Part shown: one piece after another, positions 11,001-26,000 of the stretch | Position numbering within the stretch: position 1 is the first letter of the stretch | Layout of the letters: the number at the start of each line of letters is the position of its first letter | NCBI GenBank assembly: GCA_964291265.2 | Contig: OZ219747.1 | Coordinates: forward strand, 3,040,001-3,104,000 | Length of the DNA: 64,000 bases | From: Alphaproteobacteria bacterium | GTDB taxonomy: Bacteria > Pseudomonadota > Alphaproteobacteria > SP197 | Reading direction: 5' to 3' | Made by a program: the position numbers and the translations under genes | The notes under the pieces: model-generated | Seen by the model: only the letters and a program-made list of their open reading frames with translations | Databases searched by the model: none | What the model was told of the DNA's origin: nothing

Positions 11001-14000
11001 GGTGGATGCAAACGGCGCTGGTGTTGCGTCCTCCGAAGCGAGCGCGATGTTGGCGACCCGCGGCGTGACGGTGGGCACGGGTTCACTGACGGTGCGGGAG
11101 GGCGGCAGCGGGGCCTACACGGTGGTTCTGGATGCTGTTCCGTCGGGTCCTGTGACGGTGACGCCGTCGAGCGGTGATCGGTCGGTGGCGATGGTGTCGG
11201 GTCCGCTGACCTTCACGGCTGCGGACTGGAGCAAGCCGCAGACGGTGACGGTGACGGGGGTTCGCGACGAGGACACGGCCGACGAGGACGTCGTGGTGAG
11301 CCATGCGGTGTCGGGGGGCGGCTATGCGGGGGTTCGGGTGTCGTCCGTGACGGTGACGGTGACGGACACGACGCCGGTTCTGACATTGCCGACGGCGCCT
11401 GCGGCGGTGGTGGAGGGCCGGCCGATCGTGCTGACGGTGGCTTCGGACCGTCCCCTGACGGGCGGTCTGCGGGTGAACCTGACGCTGTCGGACCCGGAGA
11501 CGAGCGGCTTTGCGGCCAACGACGTGGCGGGCGGTCTGACGCAGGCTGTGGAGGCGGATTTCGGGAGCGGCGGGAGGACGGCGACGGTGTCGATCCCGAC
11601 GGTGGCGGACATCTCGGTGGAGGGGACGGAGAGCTATCTTGTGACCCTGAACGACGGTCCGGGCTATGCGCCGGGCGTGGCGGTCGTCGTCGCGGGCGAG
11701 CTGTCCGACGCGCCGCGGCGGCCGGAGAAGCCGACCTCGCTGAGGGCCACGGCGTCGGAAGACCGGGTGACGCTGACCTGGACCGCGCAGGCCGACCCCT
11801 CGATCCGGGGGTGGCAGTATCGGGAGCGCGTCAAGGGGTACAGCAGCTGGCTCCTTTTCCTTGGGTCGGGGGTCAAAGTGGCCCATGCGAGCGCCGGAGC
11901 CGGCGCGGCCGTCAGGGCCCGCACCATCGACATGACCCGGGAATACTCAAGCGACGGTAGCGTGAAGAATACGGTCAGGCGTGTCTACAACGGTTTTGTG
12001 CTGGAGTATCAGATCCGGTCCTGGAACGACGAGGGGGAGGGTCCCTGGTCGGACATTGCGGAGGTCGTGACCGTCAACGCCGATTCCGGTGCCACGGTGA
12101 TCGTCAGCCGGGACGCGATCGCTTTGCGCCCGGGCGACAGCGCCACATGGTCGGTGGCGATGAACAGCGTCCTCGCCGGAAAGGTCTCGCTCAGCGCCCG
12201 CGGCGCGGGCGGGGTGAGGGTGGAGCCGTCGGTGCTGACCTTCGCTGGCGGCAGCGGTCAGATCCCCCAGGAGGTGACGGTGACCGGCCTCGTCGAGGGC
12301 CGCGCCACGATCGTGCATGCATATACGGGGCTGGGGTCGACCGCCGTCAACGTAGCGAACGCGGCCGAGGTCGCGGTGACGGTGACCAGGAGCGGCGCGA
12401 TCAGCCCGGTGCGCCCGGCCGGCTTCACCGCCACCGCCGGGGACAAGCGGGTCGTGCTCCGCTGGAGCGACCCGGGCGACGCGACGATCGCGACGTGGCA
12501 ACTGCGGCAGCGCCGGTCGGCAAGCAACACCGCATGGGCTCGCTTTCCATGGACCGACATTCCCTCCTCCGACAAGGACACGGTGAGCCACACGGTGACG
12601 GGTCTGGACGGCGGCCGGTCCTACGACTTCCAGGTTCGCGCGGTGAACGCCGTGGGTCCGGGTCCGGCGTCGGCGACGCGGAGCGCGGTGCCGACGGGGG
12701 GCGCGAGCGTGACGGTGACGCCGATCCGCCTCACGGTGGACGAGGGCGGGACCGGTTCCTTCACGATCGTGCTGAACGAGGAGCCGACCGTCGCCAGGCT
12801 GCGGGTGGAAGCGAAGATAGACAGAACCTCTCCGCAGCACAGCTTTGCCGAGGACGGTCTCTTTTTCGAGGCCTCGACAGCAAGGGACAAATCGGACAGA
12901 TACGAAACGATCTTTCTGACCTTCACCCCCGGCAACTGGAACATCCCGCAGAAGGTGACCCTGAGGGGGCTGCGGGACAGGGACGACAGGGACGACCCGA
13001 TCACGGTCGTGATCGATCAAGGGCCCTCGGGGGGCCTTTGGCACAGATCGAATTACCGGGGCATCGACATACCGAACGTGACGGTGACGATTCGTGACGC
13101 GTCGCCGGCGCTGCAGCTTCTGTCCGACCCGGCGCCGGTGACGGAGGGGACGCCGGTCCGCCTGACGGTGACGGCGGACCGGAAGCGGACCGGCACGCTG
13201 CCGGTGAACCTGACACTGTCCTCCCGGTCGTTCGGCGGCTTCGACGCTTCGGACATCCCCGGCGCTCTGACGCAGACCTTCGAGGCGGACTTCGGCAGTA
13301 CGCCGAGCCGGACGGGGACGGTGTCGATTCCGACCCTGGCGGATGCGGACACCGCGGAGGGGGCGGAGGCATACGCGATCAGGCTGAACCCGGTGGTCGG
13401 CGGCTACACGGTCGGGGACGACGTCACGGCCGAGGGGGTGCTGAACGACGGCGCGGCGGCGACCCGCCCGGCGCGTCCGACGGGTCTTGCGGCGACGGCG
13501 GGCGACGGGGCGGTGGCGCTCATGTGGGACGACCCGCAGGACGCGACGATCACCGGGTGGCAGGTGCGCCACAGCGCCATGGTCTCGGGCTGGCAGGGGG
13601 CGTCGTGGACCGATGTTCCCGATGCCGGTGCGGGCACCACGACACACAGGGTGACGGGCCTCGTCAACGACCGGGGCTACCGCTTCCAGGTGCGCGCGGT
13701 CAACCCGGCCGGCAGCAGCCTGCCGTCGGACGTTGTCGTTGCCACGCCCAACGCCGTGCCCTGCAGGATCGGGCTCGCGGGCCTTGACGGCGGGGCCATC
13801 GACGCCGGCAGGGCGACCGTTTCGTTCCAGGTCAAGGTGCCGGCGAACTGCGGGCGGATCACCGACGTGCGGCGCCAGGTCAAGACGACCGCCCAGGAGT
13901 GGAGCGACGTGCCGTGGACGCCGCTGGCCGTGCGTGCGGTGCGTGGCTGGCCGAATGCCGGTGCGGCGCGCACCGGCAAGGAAACGGCGGAGCTGACCGT

Positions 14001-17000
14001 TGAGCGGGGACGCCTTGATGTCCGCGTGCGCGCCTTCAACCAGCAGGCCGCCGGGCCGGTGTCCGAGACCGCATGGGCCTGGTTCGGCGCGCCGGACGCG
14101 CCGACCGGGTTCACCGCCGCGCCGGGTGATGGACAGGTGACGCTGACCTGGAACGCCCAGCCCGACCAGGGCGTCACCGGCTGGCGCTACACCTATCGGC
14201 CGAGTGATTCGAGCGAGTGGACCACGGTCCCGGTCGCGGGCGCCGCCACCACTACCACCACCGTCACCGGCCTCACAAACGGCACGCAATACCTCTTCCA
14301 TGTCCGCGCCGTGGGACACAATTGGAGCGACTGGTCCGCCGTGGCTGCCGTGACACCAGTGAACGCGCCGCCCTGCAGGATCGGGATCGCGGAACCCAGG
14401 GGTAGCGCCATTTCCGCCGGGGCCGAGGCCTCCCTGTCCTTCCGGGTCAAGGTCCCGGCCAACTGCGGGCGGATCACCGATATCCAGCGTCAGATCAAGA
14501 CTGTCGCCGAGGACTGGGACGATGTCTCCTGGACTCCGCTCTCCACACCGGGCGCGCGCAGTTGGCCGAACGCCAATACGCCGGCCACCGGCAAGGAAAC
14601 CGCAACGCTGGCCAATGCACAGCGCGGACGCCATGACGTCCGCGTGCGTGCCTTCAACGAGGAGGCTGGCGGCCAGGTGTCCGAGACCGCCTGGGCCTGG
14701 ATCGGGGCTCCGGATGCGCCATCCGGGTTCGCCGCCGCGCCGGGCGACGGGCGGATGACGCTGACCTGGGACGCGCAGCCCGATCAGGCCATCAGCGTCT
14801 GGCGCTACCGCTACCGGAGCGGTTCGGGCCCTTGGGTGGAGTCGGTCCTTGCGGGTTCCGTCCCTAGCTCGTTCACGATCACGGGCTTGATCAACGGCAC
14901 GGAGTATGTCTTCCAGCTCCGTGCCGAGGGCCAAGGGCCCGGCGCGTGGTCTGCGGAGGTCAAGGCGACGCCAGCGGCGCCCCGGTCGGTCTGGGTGCCG
15001 AGGACGCTGACCGTGGCCGAGGACGCCGGTGCAGTGACGGTGACGGTCACGGCGAGCGAGGCCTTCGGGCAGGGCGTCGCTTTCAACGTTACCTACGGCG
15101 GCACGGCGACCGGGGCCGCGGCCCCGGCCGAGGGCGACTACGACAACGACGCCGTCACCGAAGTTACGTTCTCTGCCACCGAGACGGAGAAGGCCATTGT
15201 CATCCCGATCACGAACGACGACGACGTGGAAGGTAACGAAACCTTCACGGTAAGCGTAACCCCGGCAGGTGGTCTGCCCGACGGCTGGACGCTGGGCAAC
15301 ACGACGACGACGGTGACCATCGCCGACGACGACAGGGCGGCGCTCGCCATCGCTGACGTGACGGCGGCCGAGGGGGCAACGTTCGCCTTCACGGTGACCG
15401 CGTCTCCGGTGCTGTCGGAGCCCGTGGGGTTCAAGTACAAGGTCACGGCGGCGAGCGGCGACACGGCGGCCGCGGGCGAGGACTTCACCGCGGTCACAAC
15501 GGCGACGGCGGCGACGATCGCAGGGGGTGAGGCAACGGCGACCATCACGGTTGCCGTGACGGATGACAGTCTCGACGAAGACGACGAGACCTTCACGGTG
15601 ACGCTGTCGGAACCGTCAGCCGGGGTGAGGATTGGCGACGCGACCGCTCGGGGCACCATCACCGACAACGACGAGCCCCCGGCGCTGGCCATCGCCGCGC
15701 CGCCGGCGGCGGTGACGGAAGGCGACAGCGGCTCCACCGACATGGCCTTCACGGTGACCCTGGACGCGGCCAGCGGGCGAACGGTGACGGTGAACCATGC
15801 GGTCGCCGGGACGGCGACGGCGACGGCGGGGACGGACTTCACCGGCGGCGCCGGCACCCTGAGCTTCGCCCCCGGCGAGACGACGAAGTCGATCACGCTG
15901 TCGGTGACCGGCGACGAGACGGACGAGGCCGACGAGACCGTGGTGCTGACCCTGTCGAACGCGCAGAACGCGACCATCGCCACGCCGACGGCGAGCGCCA
16001 CGATCACCGACGACGACGCCTCGCCGGTGCTGGCGGCGCTGACCGCCCTGACGGTGAAGGTGGGCGAGGAGGCCTCGCTGACGGCGCGCGCCAGCGACGC
16101 CGACAACGACCCCATCACCTATGCCTGGAGGCGGACCTCCGGACCGACCCTGCCCTCCGGGGCCACGCTCGATGCGGCCACGCTCCGCTTCACCCCGACC
16201 GCGCCCGGCGCCTACGCGATGACGGTGACCGCCTCGGACGGCAAGGGCAACGCCGACAGCGCGAGCGTGACCATCACGGTCAACCCGGCGACGGCGGTCT
16301 CCGTGCCGCGGACGCTCGGCGTCGCCGAGAACGCGGGCACGGCCGATATCGCGATCACCACGCCCGCGGCCTTCGGCCAGAGCGTCGCCTTCGCCGTCAC
16401 CTATGGCGGCGCGGCGACCGGGGCCAACGACCCGGCCGAGGGCGACTACGACAACGACGCCGTCACCGAGGTCACCTTCAACGCGACGGACAAGACGAAG
16501 ACCATCAGCGTGCCGATCACCGACGATGTGCTCGACGAGAACAACGAGACCTTCACGGTGACCATCGCCCTGGCCGAGGGCCAGAGCCTGCCTCGAGGTT
16601 TCGTGCTGGGCAACACGACGACGACGGTGACCATCACCGACGACGACACCCTGGCCACCACCTGGACGCTGAGCCTCGATCCGGCGACCCTGGCCGAGGC
16701 GAGCGCCACGACTCAAGTCACGCTGACGGCGACGCGCGCCGGCACGGCGACCGCGCTGGCGGCGACCGAGATCGCCGTCAGCGTGGCCGGCGGCACGGCG
16801 ACCGCGGGCGAGGACTTCACCGCGGTCACCGGGTTCACCCTCACGGTGGCCCCCGGCGCCACGACGGGCACGGCGGACTTCAACCTCGCGGTCACCGACG
16901 ACGCCCGCGACGAGGCCGACGAGACGCTGACCGTCACCGGCGTCCTCGCCGGCAACACCATCACACCGGCCAGGCTCACCATCACCGACAACGACGAGCC

Positions 17001-20000
17001 CCCGGCGCTGGCCATCGCCGCGCCGCCGGCGGCGGTGACGGAAGGCGACAGCGGCTCCACCGACATGGCCTTCACGGTGACCCTGGACGCGGCCAGCGGG
17101 CGAACGGTGACGGTGAACCATGCGGTCGCCGGGACGGCGACGGCGACGGCGGGGACGGACTTCACCGGCGGCGCCGGCACCCTGAGCTTCGCCCCCGGCG
17201 AGACGACGAAGTCGATCACGCTGTCGGTGACCGGCGACGAGACGGACGAGGCCGACGAGACCGTGGTGCTGACCCTGTCGAACGCGCAGAACGCGACCAT
17301 CGCCACGCCGACGGCGAGCGCCACGATCACCGACGACGACGCCTCGCCGGTGCTGGCGGCGCTGACCGCCCTGACGGTGAAGGTGGGCGAGGAGGCCTCG
17401 CTGACGGCGCGCGCCAGCGACGCCGACAACGACCCCATCACCTATGCCTGGAGGCGGACCTCCGGACCGACCCTGCCCTCCGGGGCCACGCTCGATGCGG
17501 CCACGCTCCGCTTCACCCCGACCGCGCCCGGCGCCTACGCGATGACGGTGACCGCCTCGGACGGCAAGGGCAACGCCGACAGCGCGAGCGTGACCATCAC
17601 GGTCAACCCGGCGACGGCGGTCTCCGTGCCGCGGACGCTCGGCGTCGCCGAGAACGCGGGCACGGCCGATATCGCGATCACCACGCCCGCGGCCTTCGGC
17701 CAGAGCGTCGCCTTCGCCGTCACCTATGGCGGCGCGGCGACCGGGGCCAACGACCCGGCCGAGGGCGACTACGACAACGACGCCGTCACCGAGGTCACCT
17801 TCAACGCGACGGACAAGACGAAGACCATCAGCGTGCCGATCACCGACGATGTGCTCGACGAGAACAACGAGACCTTCACGGTGACCATCGCCCTGGCCGA
17901 GGGCCAGAGCCTGCCTCGAGGTTTCGTGCTGGGCAACACGACGACGACGGTGACCATCACCGACGACGACACCCTGGCCACCACCTGGACGCTGAGCCTC
18001 GATCCGGCGACCCTGGCCGAGGCGAGCGCCACGACTCAAGTCACGCTGACGGCGACGCGCGCCGGCACGGCGACCGCGCTGGCGGCGACCGAGATCGCCG
18101 TCAGCGTGGCCGGCGGCACGGCGACCGCGGGCGAGGACTTCACCGCGGTCACCGGGTTCACCCTCACGGTGGCCCCCGGCGCCACGACGGGCACGGCGGA
18201 CTTCAACCTCGCGGTCACCGACGACGCCCGCGACGAGGCCGACGAGACGCTGACCGTCACCGGCGTCCTCGCCGGCAACACCATCACACCGGCCAGGCTC
18301 ACCATCACCGACAACGACGAGCCCCCGGCGCTGGCCATCGCCGCGCCGCCGGCGGCGGTGACGGAAGGCGACAGCGGCTCCACCGACATGGCCTTCACGG
18401 TGACCCTGGACGCGGCCAGCGGGCGAACGGTGACGGTGAACCATGCGGTCGCCGGGACGGCGACGGCGACGGCGGGGACGGACTTCACCGGCGGCGCCGG
18501 CACCCTGAGCTTCGCCCCCGGCGAGACGACGAAGTCGATCACGCTGTCGGTGACCGGCGACGAGACGGACGAGGCCGACGAGACCGTGGTGCTGACCCTG
18601 TCGAACGCGCAGAACGCGACCATCGCCACGCCGACGGCGAGCGCCACGATCACCGACGACGACGCCTCGCCGGTGCTGGCGGCGCTGACCGCCCTGACGG
18701 TGAAGGTGGGCGAGGAGGCCTCGCTGACGGCGCGCGCCAGCGACGCCGACAACGACCCCATCACCTATGCCTGGAGGCGGACCTCCGGACCGACCCTGCC
18801 CTCCGGGGCCACGCTCGATGCGGCCACGCTCCGCTTCACCCCGACCGCGCCCGGCGCCTACGCGATGACGGTGACCGCCTCGGACGGCAAGGGCAACGCC
18901 GACAGCGCGAGCGTGACCATCACGGTCAACCCGGCGACGGCGGTCTCCGTGCCGCGGACGCTCGGCGTCGCCGAGAACGCGGGCACGGCCGATATCGCGA
19001 TCACCACGCCCGCGGCCTTCGGCCAGAGCGTCGCCTTCGCCGTCACCTATGGCGGCGCGGCGACCGGGGCCAACGACCCGGCCGAGGGCGACTACGACAA
19101 CGACGCCGTCACCGAGGTCACCTTCAACGCGACGGACAAGACGAAGACCATCAGCGTGCCGATCACCGACGATGTGCTCGACGAGAACAACGAGACCTTC
19201 ACGGTGACCATCGCCCTGGCCGAGGGCCAGAGCCTGCCTCGAGGTTTCGTGCTGGGCAACACGACGACGACGGTGACCATCACCGACGACGACACCCTGG
19301 CCACCACCTGGACGCTGAGCCTCGATCCGGCGACCCTGGCCGAGGCGAGCGCCACGACTCAAGTCACGCTGACGGCGACGCGCGCCGGCACGGCGACCGC
19401 GCTGGCGGCGACCGAGATCGCCGTCAGCGTGGCCGGCGGCACGGCGACCGCGGGCGAGGACTTCACCGCGGTCACCGGGTTCACCCTCACGGTGGCCCCC
19501 GGCGCCACGACGGGCACGGCGGACTTCAACCTCGCGGTCACCGACGACGCCCGCGACGAGGCCGACGAGACGCTGACCGTCACCGGCGTCCTCGCCGGCA
19601 ACACCATCACACCGGCCAGGCTCACCATCACCGACAACGACGAGCCCCCGGCGCTGGCCATCGCCGCGCCGCCGGCGGCGGTGACGGAAGGCGACAGCGG
19701 CTCCACCGACATGGCCTTCACGGTGACCCTGGACGCGGCCAGCGGGCGAACGGTGACGGTGAACCATGCGGTCGCCGGGACGGCGACGGCGACGGCGGGG
19801 ACGGACTTCACCGGCGGCGCCGGCACCCTGAGCTTCGCCCCCGGCGAGACGACGAAGTCGATCACGCTGTCGGTGACCGGCGACGAGACGGACGAGGCCG
19901 ACGAGACCGTGGTGCTGACCCTGTCGAACGCGCAGAACGCGACCATCGCCACGCCGACGGCGAGCGCCACGATCACCGACGACGACGCCTCGCCGGTGCT

Positions 20001-23000
20001 GGCGGCGCTGACCGCCCTGACGGTGAAGGTGGGCGAGGAGGCCTCGCTGACGGCGCGCGCCAGCGACGCCGACAACGACCCCATCACCTATGCCTGGAGG
20101 CGGACCTCCGGACCGACCCTGCCCTCCGGGGCCACGCTCGATGCGGCCACGCTCCGCTTCACCCCGACCGCGCCCGGCGCCTACGCGATGACGGTGACCG
20201 CCTCGGACGGCAAGGGCAACGCCGACAGCGCGAGCGTGACCATCACGGTCAACCCGGCGACGGCGGTCTCCGTGCCGCGGACGCTCGGCGTCGCCGAGAA
20301 CGCGGGCACGGCCGATATCGCGATCACCACGCCCGCGGCCTTCGGCCAGAGCGTCGCCTTCGCCGTCACCTATGGCGGCGCGGCGACCGGGGCCAACGAC
20401 CCGGCCGAGGGCGACTACGACAACGACGCCGTCACCGAGGTCACCTTCAACGCGACGGACAAGACGAAGACCATCAGCGTGCCGATCACCGACGATGTGC
20501 TCGACGAGAACAACGAGACCTTCACGGTGACCATCGCCCTGGCCGAGGGCCAGAGCCTGCCTCGAGGTTTCGTGCTGGGCAACACGACGACGACGGTGAC
20601 CATCACCGACGACGACACCCTGGCCACCACCTGGACGCTGAGCCTCGATCCGGCGACCCTGGCCGAGGCGAGCGCCACGACTCAAGTCACGCTGACGGCG
20701 ACGCGCGCCGGCACGGCGACCGCGCTGGCGGCGACCGAGATCGCCGTCAGCGTGGCCGGCGGCACGGCGACCGCGGGCGAGGACTTCACCGCGGTCACCG
20801 GGTTCACCCTCACGGTGGCCCCCGGCGCCACGACGGGCACGGCGGACTTCAACCTCGCGGTCACCGACGACGCCCGCGACGAGGCCGACGAGACGCTGAC
20901 CGTCACCGGCGTCCTCGCCGGCAACACCATCACACCGGCCAGGCTCACCATCACCGACAACGACGAGCCCCCGGCGCTGGCCATCGCCGCGCCGCCGGCG
21001 GCGGTGACGGAAGGCGACAGCGGCTCCACCGACATGGCCTTCACGGTGACCCTGGACGCGGCCAGCGGGCGAACGGTGACGGTGAACCATGCGGTCGCCG
21101 GGACGGCGACGGCGACGGCGGGGACGGACTTCACCGGCGGCGCCGGCACCCTGAGCTTCGCCCCCGGCGAGACGACGAAGTCGATCACGCTGTCGGTGAC
21201 CGGCGACGAGACGGACGAGGCCGACGAGACCGTGGTGCTGACCCTGTCGAACGCGCAGAACGCGACCATCGCCACGCCGACGGCGAGCGCCACGATCACC
21301 GACGACGACGCCTCGCCGGTGCTGGCGGCGCTGACCGCCCTGACGCTGAAGGTGGGCGAGGAGGCCTCGCTGACGGCGCGCGCCAGCGACGCCGACAACG
21401 ACCCCATCACCTATGCCTGGAGGCGGACCTCCGGACCGACCCTGCCCTCCGGGGCCACGCTCGATGCGGCCACGCTCCGCTTCACCCCGACCGCGCCCGG
21501 CGCCTACGCGATGACGGTGACCGCCTCGGACGGCAAGGGCAACGCCGACAGCGCGAGCGTGACCATCACGGTCAACCCGGCGACGGCGGTCTCCGTGCCG
21601 CGGACGCTCGGCGTCGCCGAGAACGCGGGCACGGCCGATATCGCGATCACCACGCCCGCGGCCTTCGGCCAGAGCGTCGCCTTCGCCGTCACCTATGGCG
21701 GCGCGGCGACCGGGGCCAACGACCCGGCCGAGGGCGACTACGACAACGACGCCGTCACCGAGGTCACCTTCAACGCGACGGACAAGACGAAGACCATCAG
21801 CGTGCCGATCACCGACGATGTGCTCGACGAGAACAACGAGACCTTCACGGTGACCATCGCCCTGGCCGAGGGCCAGAGCCTGCCTCGAGGTTTCGTGCTG
21901 GGCAACACGACGACGACGGTGACCATCACCGACGACGACACCCTGGCCACCACCTGGACGCTGAGCCTCGATCCGGCGACCCTGGCCGAGGCGAGCGCCA
22001 CGACTCAAGTCACGCTGACGGCGACGCGCGCCGGCACGGCGACCGCGCTGGCGGCGACCGAGATCGCCGTCAGCGTGGCCGGCGGCACGGCGACCGCGGG
22101 CGAGGACTTCACCGCGGTCACCGGGTTCACCCTCACGGTGGCCCCCGGCGCCACGACGGGCACGGCGGACTTCAACCTCGCGGTCACCGACGACGCCCGC
22201 GACGAGGCCGACGAGACGCTGACCGTCACCGGCGTCCTCGCCGGCAACACCATCACACCGGCCAGGCTCACCATCACCGACAACGACGAGCCCCCGGCGC
22301 TGGCCATCGCCGCGCCGCCGGCGGCGGTGACGGAAGGCGACAGCGGCTCCACCGACATGGCCTTCACGGTGACCCTGGACGCGGCCAGCGGGCGCCCGGT
22401 GACGGTGAACCATGCGGTCGCCGGGACGGCGACGGCGACGCCGGGGACGGACTTCACCGGCGGCGCCGGCACCCTGAGCTTCGCCCCCGGCGAGACGACG
22501 AAGTCGATCACGCTGTCGGTGACCGGCGACGAGACGGACGAGGCCGACGAGACCGTGGTGCTGACCCTGTCGAACGCGCAGAACGCGACCATCGCCACGC
22601 CGACGGCGAGCGCCACGATCACCGACGACGACGCCTCGCCGGTGCTGGCGGCGCTGACCGCCCTGACGCTGAAGGTGGGCGAGGAGGCCTCGCTGACGGC
22701 GCGCGCCAGCGACGCCGACAACGACCCCATCACCTATGCCTGGAGGCGGACCTCCGGACCGACCCTGCCCTCCGGGGCCACGCTCGATGCGGCCACGCTC
22801 CGCTTCACCCCGACCGCGCCCGGCGCCTACGCGATGACGGTGACCGCCTCGGACGGCAAGGGCAACGCCGACAGCGCGAGCGTGACCATCACGGTCAACC
22901 CGGCGACGGCGGTCTCCGTGCCGCGGACGCTCGGCGTCGCCGAGAACGCGGGCACGGCCGATATCGCGATCACCACGCCCGCGGCCTTCGGCCAGAGCGT

Positions 23001-26000
23001 CGCCTTCGCCGTCACCTATGGCGGCGCGGCGACCGGGGCCAACGACCCGGCCGAGGGCGACTACGACAACGACGCCGTCACCGAGGTCACCTTCAACGCG
23101 ACGGACAAGACGAAGACCATCAGCGTGCCGATCACCGACGATGTGCTCGACGAGAACAACGAGACCTTCACGGTGACCATCGCCCTGGCCGAGGGCCAGA
23201 GCCTGCCTCGAGGTTTCGTGCTGGGCAACACGACGACGACGGTGACCATCACCGACGACGACACCCTGGCCACCACCTGGACGCTGAGCCTCGATCCGGC
23301 GACCCTGGCCGAGGCGAGCGCCACGACTCAAGTCACGCTGACGGCGACGCGCGCCGGCACGGCGACCGCGCTGGCGGCGACCGAGATCGCCGTCAGCGTG
23401 GCCGGCGGCACGGCGACCGCGGGCGAGGACTTCACCGCGGTCACCGGGTTCACCCTCACGGTGGCCCCCGGCGCCACGACGGGCACGGCGGACTTCAACC
23501 TCGCGGTCACCGACGACGCCCGCGACGAGGCCGACGAGACGCTGACCGTCACCGGCGTCCTCGCCGGCAACACCATCACACCGGCCAGGCTCACCATCAC
23601 CGACAACGACGAGCCCCCGGAGACGCCGGATCAGCCATCGGGCCTTGTGGCGACGCCGGGCGACGGCCGCGTGACACTGGTGTGGAGTGATCCGCAGGAC
23701 GCCAGCATCGTGAAGTGGCAGTTGCGCTACGGCAAGGTGGGCGAGTCGCTGAAGCGCTGGGCGGACATCGAGGGTTCCAGCGCCACGACCACGAGCCACA
23801 CGGTGACGGGTCTGGAGAACGGTTCGGCTTACCGCTTCCGGATCCGGACAGTGAAGCGTGGGAGCAAGGGCCTGCGTTCGGAAGACGTGACGGCGACGCC
23901 GTCGGCGGAGACGCCGGATCAGCCATCGGGCCTTGTGGCGACGCCGGGCGACGGCCGCGTGACACTGGTGTGGAGTGATCCGCAGGACGCCAGCATCGTG
24001 AAGTGGCAGTTGCGCTACGGCAAGGTGGGCCGGTCGCTGAAGCGCTGGGCGGACATCGAGGGTTCCAGCGCCACGACCACGAGCCACACGGTGACGGGTC
24101 TGGAGAACGGTTCGGCTTACCGCTTCCGGATCCGGACAGTGAAGCGTGGGAGCAAGGGCCTGCGTTCGGAAGACGTGACGGCGACGCCGTCGGCGGCGAC
24201 GCCGGATCAGCAATCGGGCCTTGTGGCGACGCCGGGCGACGGCCGGGTGACACTCTCGACGGCAGCGTTGACGGTGGAGGAAGGCGGCAGCGCCACCTAC
24301 ACGGTGGTGCTGAACGCGGAACCGTCAGGGAATGTCACGGTGACGGTGGGAGGCGCCTCGGGGGACGTGAGGGTGGAGCCTGCGAACCTCACCTTTACCG
24401 TGGCCGACTGGAGTGTGCCGCAGACGGTGACGGTATCGGCGGCGGAGGACGACGATGCGGTGGCGGACGCCGCCGTGACACTGACCCATGGCGCCTCGGG
24501 CGGCGGTTATGACGGTGTGGAGATCGCCTCGATCACGGTGACGGTGACGGAGAACGACGAGGCCGGTGTGACGGTTTCGGAGAGTGTGTTGACGGTGGAG
24601 GAAGGCGGCAGCGCCACCTACACGGTGGTGCTGGAAACGAAGCCGACGGGGGATGTCACGGTGACGGTGGGAGACGCCTCGGGGGACGTGAGGGTGGCGC
24701 CTTCGAGCCTCACCTTTACCGTGGCCGACTGGAGTGCGCCGCAGACGGTGACGGTATCGGCGGCGGAGGACGATGATGCGGTGGCGGATGCCGCCGTGAC
24801 GCTGACCCATGGCGCCTCGGGCGGTGGTTATGGCGGTGTGGAGATCGCCTCGATCACGGTGACGGTGACGGAGAATGACGAAGCCGGCGTGACGGTCTCG
24901 GAGAGTGCGTTGACGGTGGAGGAAGGCAGCAGCGCCACCTACACGGTGGTGCTGGAGACGGAGCCGGCGGGGGATGTCACGGTGATGCCGTCGAGTGCTG
25001 ACCTGTCGGCGGTGGCGGTGTCGGGACCGCTCATTTTCACGGCGTCGGACTGGAAGGTGCCGCAGACCGTGACGGTGACGGGGATGCTGGACGACGACAC
25101 GGACGATGTGGTGGCGGTTGTGAGCCACGCGGTGTCGGGGGGCGACTATGACGGTGTGACGGCGGATCCGGTGAGGGTGACGGTGACGGACATGACGCTC
25201 GCCTGGCAGGTTGAGCGTGCGAACCGGGTGAACGCTTCGGTGCTGCCGCAGGTGGCCGCTGCGGTGGTGTCGCAGACACTGTCGGCAGTGACGGAGCGTA
25301 TCGATGTGGCGGCGGCGGGAGATGAGGGATCCGGCTCGATGCAGTTCGGCGCCCTGCCGTCAGCGCCGGACGAGCCCGCGCGGGATTTCCTGCCGCGCCC
25401 GGAGCAATCCGGTCCCGGTCCGACCTTGGCCGAGGCGCTGGACGGGGCGTCCTTCATGCTTCCGCTGGGTGCGACCGAAGACGAAGCGATACCGCCGCGA
25501 GCGGTGATGTGGGGCCGGGGCGGGCGGGTGTCGCTGTCGGGATCGGAGCAGGGGGTGTCGTGGGACGGCGGCCTGTGGTCGGCGCAGCTGGGGGCGGATG
25601 TGCGCCTGCGGCGGAACCTGCTGGCCGGGATGGCGGTTTCCTGGTCGGAAGGCAAGGTGGACACCGGGACAGCCGACGGCGGTGGTGGCGAGGTGGATGG
25701 CACGCACGAGACGACGGTTACGTCGATCAACCCCTATCTGGCATGGCTGTCGCCGGACGGTTCGAACCTTTGGGCGAGTGTCGGCTACGGCTTGGGCGAG
25801 GTGCGGATTGCCGAAGGGGATGCGCCGGCGCGCAGGGCGGATCTGACCCAGTGGAGCGCCGCGGCAGGTGGCCGGGGAGTTCTGGTGGGGGATGCGGAGT
25901 TGATCGCCGGGGGCGTGACGCGCCTTGCAACAAAGGGTGAAGGGGCAGCGTCATGGCTGCGCACGGGAGTGGACCACGGACTGGCGGAGTTGACGGCAAA

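Noticed and set aside
4203-14319. Duplicated block as a DGR template/variable repeat pair
   Set aside because: Far too long, differences are few and not clearly adenine-specific, and there is no reverse transcriptase in the window.
15616-24213. 2865-aa minus-strand ORF, plus the ~995-aa ones at 5091-8075 and 11947-14934
   Set aside because: Arg/Gly-rich antisense frames of the repetitive adhesin; their length is explained by codon bias and repeats.
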